Shown: positions 25,701 through 37,000 of the stretch, piece after piece
Layout of the letters: each line of letters begins with the position of its first letter
Numbering within the stretch: the first letter of the stretch is position 1
Origin: Anthoceros angustus
Taxonomy: Eukaryota > Plantae > Anthocerotophyta
Reading direction: 5' to 3'
Length of the DNA: 64,000 nt
Assembly: GCA_010909165.1 (NCBI GenBank)
Contig: MU008168.1
Location: 1,364,001-1,428,000 of the forward strand
Notes under the pieces: generated by a model
The model's database searches: none
Told to the model about the DNA's origin: nothing
What the model saw: only the letters and a program-made list of their open reading frames with translations
Position numbers and translations under genes: made by a program

Positions 25701-28700
25701 GATATTCCGATTCAAAGGCGAGCAGCAGTGTCTCTTCTACAGCCCGTGGCCACGCCCATGTGGTGATTTATGGCCATCTCTTTGCAACAAGTTGTGTCTT
25801 CCTATTTTGTCAAGGGATGGTCTTGAGCAGAGGACAAGGTTCTTGAGGCTAGGCGGTAGGAGGGAGTTATTCCTTCAATCTCTTGTTAGACGGATGTGAA
25901 TGCCAAATTCGAGACAAGGTTGTCACCTACATTATGGGAGAGCCCCAATGCTGTTTGCACGAAAGCATTTTCGAGTTCTGCATAGGCTCGCAAGATACGA
26001 CGAGTTGAAGAGCAGTATTCTTGAGCGCACCTTGGGATGGGGCCAAGCCGAATCCTCGTGTGCAATCCTCACATGCTCTTCTTTGCGATCGCGTGGATGG
26101 ACTCAACATTTCTTCTGTTGGCAGAAAGGTTGCCCAACGTTGTAGTGTACAACCTTCCGGACACATTCACGAAACTTGAGGTTTGGAATCGATTATCATC
26201 GACATGGAACAAGTGGCTGCGGTTTGTGTCATATGCATATTTCACGAGGCTATGGACGAGAAAATTTTAAGAGGGTGAAAATTCAAGTCCAACGGTTTTC
26301 GACATGTGCGTTATCGCGGGGTTGAAATACAACATCCGAGATCTTGGTCATCGGATTGATCAAATGCTGACATGGTTCTCCGTCATTTCACATAGAATCT
26401 TTGTAATAGGTATCATACTCTTTCGGAGAGCTAACCCTCTAGCGTCGCCGTAGATGCAAAGGCGTGGAATATCGCCGCCCACACGGCGGCGGCCATGTTG
26501 GAGCCATGGAATGAAGCGGCGACATCAGGTGCCTTCGAAGTGCGCGCAGCGCTTCGATGAGACGCCGCGTCGCGCCGGGAGCGGCGCGCATGCGGCGCCA
26601 TGCCAAGTCCGCGGCGTGCCACGGAAGCGCGGAGTGCGGCGCCCTCGGCGCCGGCATCCCCGTCTGAGGGCGCGCATGCGGCGCCCTCTCTGCGGCGGCC
26701 TGCTCTGGATGGCGCGTCGGGTAGGGCGGCGCGTCGGGTGCCGCCCTACCGGTCGGTGCATCCGGCGCCGCCGGATGGGGAGCGCCGGCATGCGGCGCCC
26801 CGTGGTGCGCCGCATGCGGCGCCCTTCCGGTCAGCATTGCCGGATGGGAGGCGGCAGCGGCGGCAGTGGGCAGCGCGCATCGGCGCCTACCATTCGGCTT
26901 CATCCACGGATGGGAGGCGTGGCAGCGGCGCGTCGAGAAGCGCCGGCATGCGGCGCCCTACCCACCGGTCATTGGCCCCACATCCGCGCCGGATGGGGCG
27001 TCAGCGGCGCCCCTCCCGATCGGGTTAAATGTCGGCGCCACGAAGAGTCGTCTCGGCATAGTTGCACTGCCGGATGGTTGGGCGCGAGCCTTCCTCCGCC
27101 ATGCCTATGCCGGTGGAATGATATTGGCCGGTGCCTCGATGACATGTTTCCGGCATGGTTGGGGAATAAAATGTTTGTATTTTTTAATGGGCTAACCCAT
27201 TGTAGGAACTAACCCATTGTCCTTTCTAAGCGGTTCGGTCTTGTGTTTAGCGGATGCATATCGGGGCGCTTTAAATAAACATCGAACACGGTTGATGAGC
27301 GAGAGGAAGAAGTTGATGAAGCATCGCACTAAAAGCTACATCCTCGAAATACATATTACTATGCATTGACGGGATGGATCAGAAGAAGACGGAGTTGCCG
27401 CATATTTTGAGATGGCGAAGGACCTGAAGGAGGACTGCCGCATAGCAGTCCACGTGGTGGGCTGCATGGTACACAATTATACTTTGAAAGCCAGGGCGTA
27501 TCTCCACTTTGCGAATCTGAGGAATGATGCAAACTTGACTATTGCTATTATTCAGGACGTTATCCACACGTATAATGGGTTCCTTCCGAAAATTCTATAT
27601 TTGCAGCTGGATAACACATGCCGGGAGAATAAGAACCAGTTGCTTTTTGCGTACCTCAATATGCTTGTTGAGGTGGGCACCTTTGAAAAGGTGAAGGTCG
27701 GATTTCTCCTCGTGGGGCATACACACGACCAAGTGGACGGATGTTCTCTTGCTTTCTAAACATCCAAGCACAAGGAGGTGAAAACCCTACCGACTATGGA
27801 AACCTTGATAACCGCAGTATCGCCCAACCCGGAGGTTCGGTGTTGACCGAGGTTCGGATTTCCGGACGTATGTCTGGCCTATAACAAAGGGCGCAGCAGG
27901 ATATCAGTACAAGGCTGCAGTGAAACAATTGAACAATCTATCGTTTCAACATCAGTTCAAAATCACACGAGAGGCAGATCGTGGGAAGTATGATTATCCG
28001 AGTAGCGATTCAACCTCTCCTCAGTGGGAGTCAGAAGATGGCTTGGAGTTCCTGACGTTTGTTCCGAACAGCGATATTAGCCCGGCACCTTTGATGGCGC
28101 TCCAAGCCAAGGACAAAAGAGGTGGTGTTGCGGGGATGACTGCTATTCAGGGGGTTGCTTACTTGCGGAAAGGAATGCTAAATCTACCAACATATGTCAA
28201 TGACGAAGAAGAACAATGGTGGACAATGTTCTGGAAGGATCAGGAGGAGATTGCATGTATCGTAGACAACAATATTGGTCTTGTGCTGGAAAAACCATGG
28301 AAGTAGTGCGGCGAGCAGCGGCCGGCGCAACTCCTTGTCCACCTCCGATGGCGGTTGTTGTTCTAGATGAAGCATTGTTGCGGAGATTCCCCAAAGGGAC
28401 ATGTACTTAGGACCCCACCGAGTGCGATCGTCAAGGACAAGAGTGTGAAAGGATGAATGGGGATATCATGGAGATAGAGAAAGGCATGTTCATTATAACG
28501 CCTTGTGAGGGTGACATACACATGAGCTTTCGGCTCGCAAAGGTTGTGGAAGTCCATTTCACCGCACTGATCCTTACTTACTTGTGCATTGGTGGAGGGA
28601 CGGACCACAGGGCCTCTGAAGGGAAGTATATGGCGGAAGTCATCCTCGAGTTGAGAGCAGCGAAGGGTCACCCGAAAAGGAAGGGGCAAACAACACAATC

Positions 28701-28750
28701 CACCTAATATACAAGTTATTCGTTCGGAAAAGCAGTTATCGTTTATTATG
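25701..28750 (+). CDS. Sola-like DDD transposase (frameshifted; N-terminus probably continues upstream of the copia at <18967)
   Basis: AERLPN...LP..TK.EVW...VS...F..LW...F, RVKI..RFSTC (26110-26320). After intron 26410-27250: CIDGMDQKKTELPH (D ~27368), LQLDNTCRENKN (D ~27610), LLVGHTHDQVD (~27710-27738). Confidence 0.75.
26430..27130. repeat. GC-rich GCATGCGGCGCC / GCGCCGCCGGAT motif cluster within the transposase intron
   Basis: At least five copies of GCATGCGGCGCC (~26588, 26674, 26787, 26813, 26946), inside GT(26410)-AG(27250). Confidence 0.8.
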
Positions 28751-29550
28751 GGTTCAAACGAGCATGAGGAAACATCTGTCTGTCTTGACAAGCGATCAAA
28801 GAGAAGATGAGTGCTCTGAGCCCACCTCAAGCCCCAACCCCGGATGGTGTAATGGGCGATGAATCGTGACCGACATATGTCAATGACGAAGAAGAACAAT
28901 GGTGGACAATGTTCGAAGGATCGAGGAGATTGCATGTATCGTGAACAACAATATTGGTCTTGTCTTTGGAAAAACCATGGAAGTAGTGCAGAGCAAGGCG
29001 CAACTCAACATCCACCTCCAATGGCGGGTTGTTGTTCTAGATGAAGCATTGTTGCGGAGATTCCCCAAAGGGACATGTACTTAGGACCCCACCGGTGCGA
29101 TCGTCAAGGACAAGAGTGTGAAAGGATGAATGGGGATATCATGGAGATAGAGAAAGGCATGTTCATTATAACGCCTTGTGAGGGTGACATAGCTTTACGG
29201 CTCGCAAAGGTTGTGGAAGTCCATTTCACCTTTGATCCTTACTTACTTGTGCATTGGTGGAGGGAGACCACAGGCATTGTCTGAAGGGAAGTATATGGCG
29301 GAAGTCATCCTCGAGTTGAGAAACGGCGTCACCCGAAAAGGAAGAGGGCAAACAACACAATCCACCTAATATACAAGTTATTCGTTCGGAAAAGCAGTTC
29401 GTTTATTATGGGTTCAAGGTGAAGCAGAGGAAACATCTGTCTGGCTGACAAGAAAGCGATCAAAGAGAAGATGAGTGCTCTCTGAGCCCACCTCAAGCCT
29501 GCAACCCCGGATGGTGTAATGGGCGATGAATCAGGCGTGAAGCCGACATA
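28190..29550 (+). repeat. ~680-bp tandem duplication of the transposase 3' region
   Basis: 28190-28871 repeated at 28872-29550; the copies differ mainly by indels; ACATAT microhomology at the junction. Confidence 0.9.
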
Positions 29551-30208
29551 TATCGCGGGAGGGACTCGAGTCGAGCGAGGAATGATCGGAATATGTGCCT
29601 TGTTCCGTACGGGTTTGCAAGGTGCCTTGTCCTGACCACTCGGAGGAAGCAACTTTTGTTCATTTTGTATGTTCGCGTCCACGATCGTGTGCCGTCGGCA
29701 AATGACTAGTCCTTTAAGGCGGTGCGATGCGGTTAAAGCTTGAAGAAGTGAGTCCTCTGATTGGCATCGAAAGTCATTCAACGTTGGGCGCCACGCAGGA
29801 CAAGTCCTTCGGGCGGACGTGGCGCCGGCATCTGGCGCCGGATCGGCGGTTCTTCCGTTCGGCCGTCCTTTTAACCGTTCTTGTTGTTCAAAACCTCGTC
29901 CACCATGTGCATATATGGGTGTATAGCAAGAGTATATACATATGTACGCATTCCCTCAAAGGGGCCCTGTGGTTGCGGGGTCGTTAACGGATCCTAATCG
30001 TATCGCATGGTCTAAGGACATGGGCATCGTTTCTAGCAAAACAATGCTCGTGCGATTAGGCGGACCCTTCTGTCACGGTGTGCGATATAGCATGTATAGG
30101 GCGGTCACGACCTGCAATACATGCCATCTTGCAGTGTATGCTCAAATATGGCCTGTCGATACCCATCGAAACCACATTTGCCGTATATTCAGCTGAAAAG
30201 CCGCTTCA

Positions 30209-30241
30209 TGTATATTCAGCCGCTTCAAATATTATGGTGTT
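30209..30241 (-). repeat. Right TIR
   Basis: Exact reverse complement of 13208-13240; a subterminal ATATTCAGC copy lies at ~30185. Confidence 0.95.
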
Positions 30242-31088
30242 GCTCTTAATTCTCAAGATTCAGAGACTGTTCCTGCTCCACCTTTAACTATGTTCCTTAA
30301 ATGAGCTTGCCTTCTCAATGCCTAGAGAATTGGTGCCTTCCAAAAAGGCATGCAGCTGCACTCACACATTGAGCACTTGCTGGACAACTACTTGATCAAC
30401 ATATATGCAAATGCCGTGCAGTGGAAGATGCATGCCAAGTTTTTGGCAGCGTGTAGGCGAGATTAGCCATGTCATTATCGTTTACTAAAGAGAACAAAGA
30501 TGGTCGAAGTCCCTGGACTGGTGCCCCATCGTGGGTTGTCCCCTTTCGCCTCGGGGTAGATGGGATTTCCCATCTCGTTCTTTTTATGAAGTCTCTACAT
30601 TCCACTAAAGAGAACTTTTGGTAAAGCTACTTCTAAAGTTTCAAGTATATACATATAATATGTAATATTTTCCTTGAAATAATTTTATACATGTAGATAG
30701 ATATATTGAAGACTAAATCTGGAATCATTGTTATCTCCATCATCTTTGTTCTCTCCGAGGTCCTTCTTTCCAATGGCTTAGTTGGTTATCCTTGTTTTTG
30801 CTTAGTGAATACTCCATTTTGCTAGCGTTTGTACCCGGACTTTTGGTTTATCCTATTTAATGTGATCACTATTTACCAAAAGAAAAACTATTAGGTGTGG
30901 TATGTGCAAGTGTGCTAATGAGCTAGTATATAGTGTGCCTAGTGCATGTAACCCACATTTTATGGGAGTGTCGTGTTCCCTCTCAATAAAGGCTCAGCTT
31001 TTTTTCTTATATATGAAATCAGAGCCATGTTCAAGAGCCTTGTAGAGTCCTCTTGGCACTAATGGCTGGATGCTTGAGCCAAGTCCTG

Positions 31089-32158
31089 TTGCATAGCTCT
31101 TAGCCTTGTGCTTGTGAGAGCTTGTGTGCAATTGCATAGCTCTTAGCCTTGTGCTTGTCGACTTGTGTGCAATTGCATAGCTCTTAGCCTTGTGCTTGTG
31201 AGAGCTGGTGTGCAATTGCATAGCTCTTAGCCTTGTGAGGAGCTGGTGTGCAATTGCATAGCTCTGTGCAATTGCAGCTCTTAGCCTGTGCTTGTGCAGT
31301 GCAGCCTTGTGCCTCAGCTAGCTGTGCAATTGCATAGCTCTTGGCCTTGTGCTTGTGAGGCTTGTGAGGCTTGTGTGCATTGCATAGCTCTTAGCCTTGT
31401 GCTTGTGAGAGCTCGTGTGCAATTGCATAGCTCTTAGCCTTGTGCTTGTGAGAGCGTCACAGGTGTGCAATTGCATAGCTCTTAGCCTTTTGCTTGTGAG
31501 AGCTAGAGTGTGCATTGCATAGCTCTTAGCCTTGTGCTTGTGAGAGCATGTGTGTCATTGCATGGCTCTTAGCCTTGTGCTTGTGACAGTGCAATTGCAT
31601 AGCTCTTAGCCTGTGTGCTTGTGAGAGCATGTGTGTCATTGCACAGCTCTTAGCTATGCCTTGTGCCTTGCATGCAATTGCATAGCTCTTACTTAGCCTT
31701 GTGCTTGTGAGAGCATGTGTGTCATTGCATAGCTCTTAGCCTTGTGCTTATGAGAGCTTGTGTGCAATTGCATAGTTTTTATAAGGCCTTGTGCTTGTGA
31801 GAGCTTGTGTGCAATTGCATAGCTCTTATAAGGCCTTGTGCTTGTGAGAGCTTGTGTGCAATTGCATAGCTCTTATAAGGCCTTGTGCTTGTGAGAGCTT
31901 GTGTGCAATTGCATAGCTCTTATAAGGCCTTGTGCTTGTGAGAGCTTGTGTGCAATTGCATAGCTCTTATAAGGCCTTGTGCTTGTGAGAGCATGTGTGC
32001 AATTGCATAGCTCTTAGCCTTGTGCTTGTGAGAACTTGTGTACAATTGCAAAGCTCTTAGCCTTGTGCTTGTGTGCAATTGCAAAGCTCTTAGCCTTGTG
32101 CTTGTGTGTAATTGCAAAGCTCTTAGCCTTGTGCTTGTGAGAGCGTCTGTGCAATTGT
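31089..32158. repeat. 43/47-bp tandem array, ~25 copies
   Basis: Unit gagcttgtgtgcaattgcatagctcttagccttgtgcttgtga, with a 47-bp ataag variant block near 31780-31990. Confidence 0.95.
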
Positions 32159-32221
32159 GAAGGTCTTGGTAGTAGTCCTTGTAGTGCACGTCTCCTGTGC
32201 GCGTTTCGTCGTGGTGCGTTT

Positions 32222-33055
32222 TGATGGATCGTCGTTATTATTGAAGCAATCAAAACAATGAAAAGAATATTCTTCGTTAAAAAGTGAATAGACTTCGTTA
32301 AAAGGTGAATAGAAGCCGGTGTGAAGGGAGGCCATTGTGGTGGCCGCGATGAGAATTGGGCAGCAAGGTGGGCTAATAGGAGAGTTGACGAAGGAGTCTA
32401 CTAAGGAGAAATGTTGCTTAGGAGCTTGGTGAGGAGCTCACTGAGGAATAAGTGCAATTTATCTAGGGTGCATGATGTGCTTGAAGTGTAAGAACTCTAG
32501 AGTTAAGCGTCCTTAGGGTGGATCAGATGAGATGCTTTTGTGTGAGGTATATAAGCCTATATTTGTAGAAGTCATATGGGAGCTTATTGGAGAGTGCTTG
32601 GGTGGTGCAAACTAAGTTAGATAGGAGGTGCCATGCAAGGGACCCTCTCTTGGCCTCAAGCCAACGAACTTGGGCGTCTCCTTGAGCCTTGGTCCCCTCT
32701 CTTGGCCTAAAGCCTTAGGACTCTTTGGTGACTCTCTCTTGCGCCAAGCATTGGGCACACTCTTCAAGCTCCACCTTGGCTTTAGCCCTCAGGGCCCCTT
32801 GCCTACTTGCATAAAGAGCTAGCATTGCCTAGCATCACTTTAGCAAGCCTAGCAGACTAAGCACACTAATATGTCTAGCACACTAATATGCCTAACAAGC
32901 CTAGCACACTAAGCACACTAGTATGCCTAGCACACTGGTATGCCTAACAAGCCTAGCACAGCACACTAGTATGCCTTAAACCTAGCACGCCTTAGCACAC
33001 TTAGCACACTAGTACTAAGCCTTGTGTGGCCTAGCATCCAGGATGGGGCCTAACA
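32222..33055 (-). mobile_element. Possible solo or truncated LTR
   Basis: Minus strand begins TGTTAGGCCC and ends ...CCATCA; internal TATA-like tract; ctagcacactaag minisatellite at 32820-33020. No partner LTR in the window. Confidence 0.35.
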
Positions 33056-34077
33056 AGTTTATCAATCTTAGCACGCCTATCTAGCATACACAAGAGATCA
33101 TAGCTTGTAACAATAGGAGAGAGTAGCTTGCACGTCGTGGCACAAACACTCTCTCCACAAGAACAACACGCAAATTCCTCACACATCGCTCTCAGAGTCA
33201 TAGGTTTGGCCTCCTCACAACACTCTTTGCATTGCATATCTAGAGGACAAGCTATGATCTGAGCTTGTCATGTGTGAAAAGGTCTGTATATACTAGCCCT
33301 TGGTATTGGCATATTCCTAAGATATCCTATTGGCATCAGCATATGCCAGAAATATCCTAAGAATACACTGTAATATGCAAGGAATATGCTAAATCATATT
33401 ACTTGTGCTTCTCCCCTTAACAATTATTAACCATACTTAATTAACATAAGTGATTTAGACTAATTAATTATTTACACACTTAAAGATAAGTAATTAGATT
33501 AATTAATGCTAATCAAATACTAAATCAAAACACTCAAATTAGTGTCACACGCCGTGGCCTGCTATATGTTCGAAATACAAGCCTTACTACCACCTCTACA
33601 TGCCATGGCTGGAACCTTTGCAGGGTTTGCACCCTTAGGCATCAACTTGGTTGGCCAGCTTGTTGGCACGCATACCACGCATACCGAATGCATGGTGTAG
33701 GTGGCACACTCTTGAACATGTAACCCTAAACCCCAGCCATCGATTTGCACATCGATTTGCACACCTCATGGCGAGCCGTTGTATTTGTAAACAAGAGCCC
33801 AGTTGTGGGATGCGGTGATAAAAGATGCCTAGGCATCTAAGTGTAGAATAATGACCAAAATTAATTGTTACACACACAAGCCGGCCGATGACGACTTCAG
33901 TATTCCTTACATCCATACAATGTACCCATCATAGGATCTCTATCAAGACCTGGTAGTGTCGTGAGCAGCATCATGTATGACTGTGTAACTATGCCCCTTA
34001 CCTTACATATGTGTGTGTGCAGACGCGTGTAGATCTGATCAAGTCAGCCCAAGTCAGACGTAGGGCGGGAAGGCGAC

Positions 34078-37000
34078 TTATGATCTGCGGCCGAAGGGAG
34101 CGAGAGGGCCGGGCGGGCGGTGTTGGCGAGCCAAGGGGTTCAAGTGCCTTAGCAGGCTGCCAAGCACAGATCGTGTCTTGCTTTTGCCAATGCCAGCTCC
34201 GTCGAGATGCGATGCGGCATGTGCGCCTCCTGCAATTCGCTGTTGCGACAGATGCATCTGGGCATAGGTTGCGGGAGTGGAGCAGTGGGAGTCGGAGGCG
34301 CTGCTGGAGTTCTCCATCTCGCTCTCGCTGGCCAGGTAGCAGTAGTCGTCGGAAGCGCTGGGGAAGCGCTGATGCCGTTGTAGCGTCCCAGAGTAAGAAA
34401 GCGAGGTTATGGCGGCCAGATGCGACAGCAGCAACCTGGCCTTGCCTTGCGCCCTGAGAGACCCCTCCACCGACAAAGCAATCAGAGCAGGCACCACGCC
34501 TTCTTCCTTCACCAGCTGGCTATGGTACGCGCTGTTGCCGCACAGCATCCACAGCGTGGCGGCCGCGTGCTCCTTCTCCTTCTCCGACCCGCTGTCTGAG
34601 TCTAGGGCATCGCAGAGCACGGCCAGAGTTCCGTTGGTGCCGGCTATGGTGTCCCGGCCTTCCTTGGCGGACGAGAGGCTGTAGAGCAGGGCCACGCATT
34701 TCTCCCGGATGCTGGATGCGGAGACGGCGGGGTCGTCCAGGGACGGAGACTCGCCGTAGTCTCCGGTGGCAAGGAGGCGAGTCAGAACGCGGACTGCCCC
34801 GGCTCGGATCACCCGCTGCCTGTTGCTCATGGAGATGCTCAGGTTGATGAGCGCAGTCAGCGCGTCCTTGCATCCCTGCTTGGAACCCCGCCGGAGGACG
34901 TGCACCAGCTGGCTGATGGTGCCCCGGGTTGATCCCATGTGAGCGTGGTTCTCCGGAAGGCAGGAGAGGGTGAGGAGAGCCGCCACCGCAGCTTCCTTCG
35001 TCTTGGCCCCAGCCTTTCCCCGGAGAAGCTCCACCAGCTCCGGGACCGCGCCCGCGGCCACAATGGCGGCCTTGTTCTTGTCGTTGTTGATGCCGAGGTT
35101 GAGGATTGCGAAGGCCGCCATCTCCTGTGCCCGGCGGAGGCTGGCCGGCTCGACATGCAGCTCGTGGTGGATGGCGGAGTGGAGGAAGGCTACCAGGGCA
35201 GGGATCAGGCCTGGGGACGTGGATCCTGTTCTGTTGCTGGAATCCGCCTGCCCTAGCTCTGCTCTGGCGTCGGCGTTCACCTTGGTGAGGATGCGGATCC
35301 TCTCTGCTGCCTGGGACTGGCGCTCCAGGGAGTCGCTCAGCAGCTCCTGCACCAGATGCTGGACCAGTTCCTGCGCTGAGTCGCTCCTCAGATCCGAGGC
35401 TGTTGTGCCGATTGTGCCGAAGGAGACCCGGTCCTGCAAATCCAGAAGAGGAGACCGGGGGTGCGGGGATCCGGACCCGCTGGATTCCGCAGATTCCAAG
35501 GGGCCCCCGTGAGGATCAGAGAAGGCCTCGAAGCTCTTGGTGCGGCGTGAGGAGCTGCCTCTGCCGGTCGGGTTTATCTGGAGCTCAATTTTCCTCCTCT
35601 CTAGCAGCGTCGTGTACTCCCCGGGCGGAGCACGTCCTGCAACGAAGGGCCGGCAGTATGGCGTGAGCGGGAGGATCTGTTGGAAGTTCCCGACCAACTT
35701 GGTCCTTTCTGTCAGAGCTGTGCCTTGCAAGAAGCGCGACGTGAAACGTGAAGGGAAACGGCAGAAGCGAGAAGTGTTACCTGGAGGATTCTCGTACGTG
35801 GAGCTATGCTGCTGTGATGGCGCACTCGAATGCTTGTCAGGACTAGAGTGATTGTCACTTGCTGGCACTGCATCACAGCTGTCCACCAAGCGCCCTGCTA
35901 CGGATGATCCTGCATCACCTACCCTAACCACAGAAAGATCTCCGTTGCTGCTCGTCTCCGGATCCCCCCTGGCAGCACCTCGCCCTTCAGAGTGTGTGAC
36001 CTTCCAAAGCATGTCGGTGGATGCTGTCAAGGGTTGCAACAGATGAGCGTCGCGAGCAGGGCCTTGGCTGGGCATGTTCTCATCCTTCTCTTCATCAAGC
36101 CTGTTGGCAGTTGATCCTCCGGACTCCAGGTGGTGGCAGTCGGAAGCATGTGTCGTTCTAGAAGATGTCACGTCCATGGCAGTGCAATTGACAACCTGAT
36201 TTACCAGATCTCTCCCCCCAATTCTATCGACAACTTCACCCTTGGAGCTGCTGCCATTATCAACAGCACCACCGCCTGCGTCACAGGGTGGAGAAGCACG
36301 CATGGCGTCCACGACGCCTAGAGCAGGCGCCGTGCTCTCTAAGTCTTCCCTGGTGATGCTGCAACTCAAGCCCTGATCCTGCCCTTGAGCAGCCGCTTCC
36401 TGCGTAACCTGACTTCCCTGTGCTGCCATTGAAGGGATAATAGCAACGTGACCGAGATGATGGTGGACTGGGCTGACAACATCTGTTACCAGATGTGTTG
36501 AAGCAGTAAGTAGTTGCTGGAGTCCTTGTGTTGGATCCTGTACAGACTTGCCGGAGTCACACCCAGAAACAGCTTGATCAGTATGAGGCAGCGGAGAGGG
36601 TGGAGGAGGCCCGCCCTCTGTAAGAGCACCACAAAAGTCCTGCCCTATACTCCGGCGCATCTGTAATTCGCTGCCGTCTGCAAGAGCACCATCCAGCAGC
36701 GCAAGGGACGATGGATGTCCCCACCATTCCAATTTTTCTTCAGGGTTGCGTCCGGAAGGCCGGGTGGCATCAGCCCTGGCAGGTAGGCTGCCTGGATCCG
36801 CACCTGTAGCAGCATACGACCTAATAAGGTGCGGAGAAGGAGCAGGCACATTATTGTCCGACTCTCTCCAACTTCCCTGCTGATGCAAATTAACAACGCG
36901 TGGCTGGGTGATGTCAGTGGGCCCTGGATGGGCTCTGGGCCCTGAGTCTGGAGAATCCTCCACCGCTCTCCTCCAAAGCGCGTGAACAGGAACAACCTCG

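Larger units (their letters stand above)
13208..30241. mobile_element. TIR DNA transposon (Sola-like) with methyltransferase cargo; ~10.3 kb excluding the nested copia
   Basis: Perfect 33-bp TIRs flanked by GCTC at 13204-13207 and 30242-30245. Contains a DDD transposase (+) and a ParB-like/amino-MTase gene (-). Removing it rejoins a short ORF (...EDFRA|LNSQDSETVPAPPLTMFLK*). Confidence 0.85.

Noticed and set aside
26454-27212. Long Arg/Pro/Ala-rich ORFs on both strands
   Set aside because: They result from stop-codon scarcity in a GC-rich repeat inside a predicted intron.
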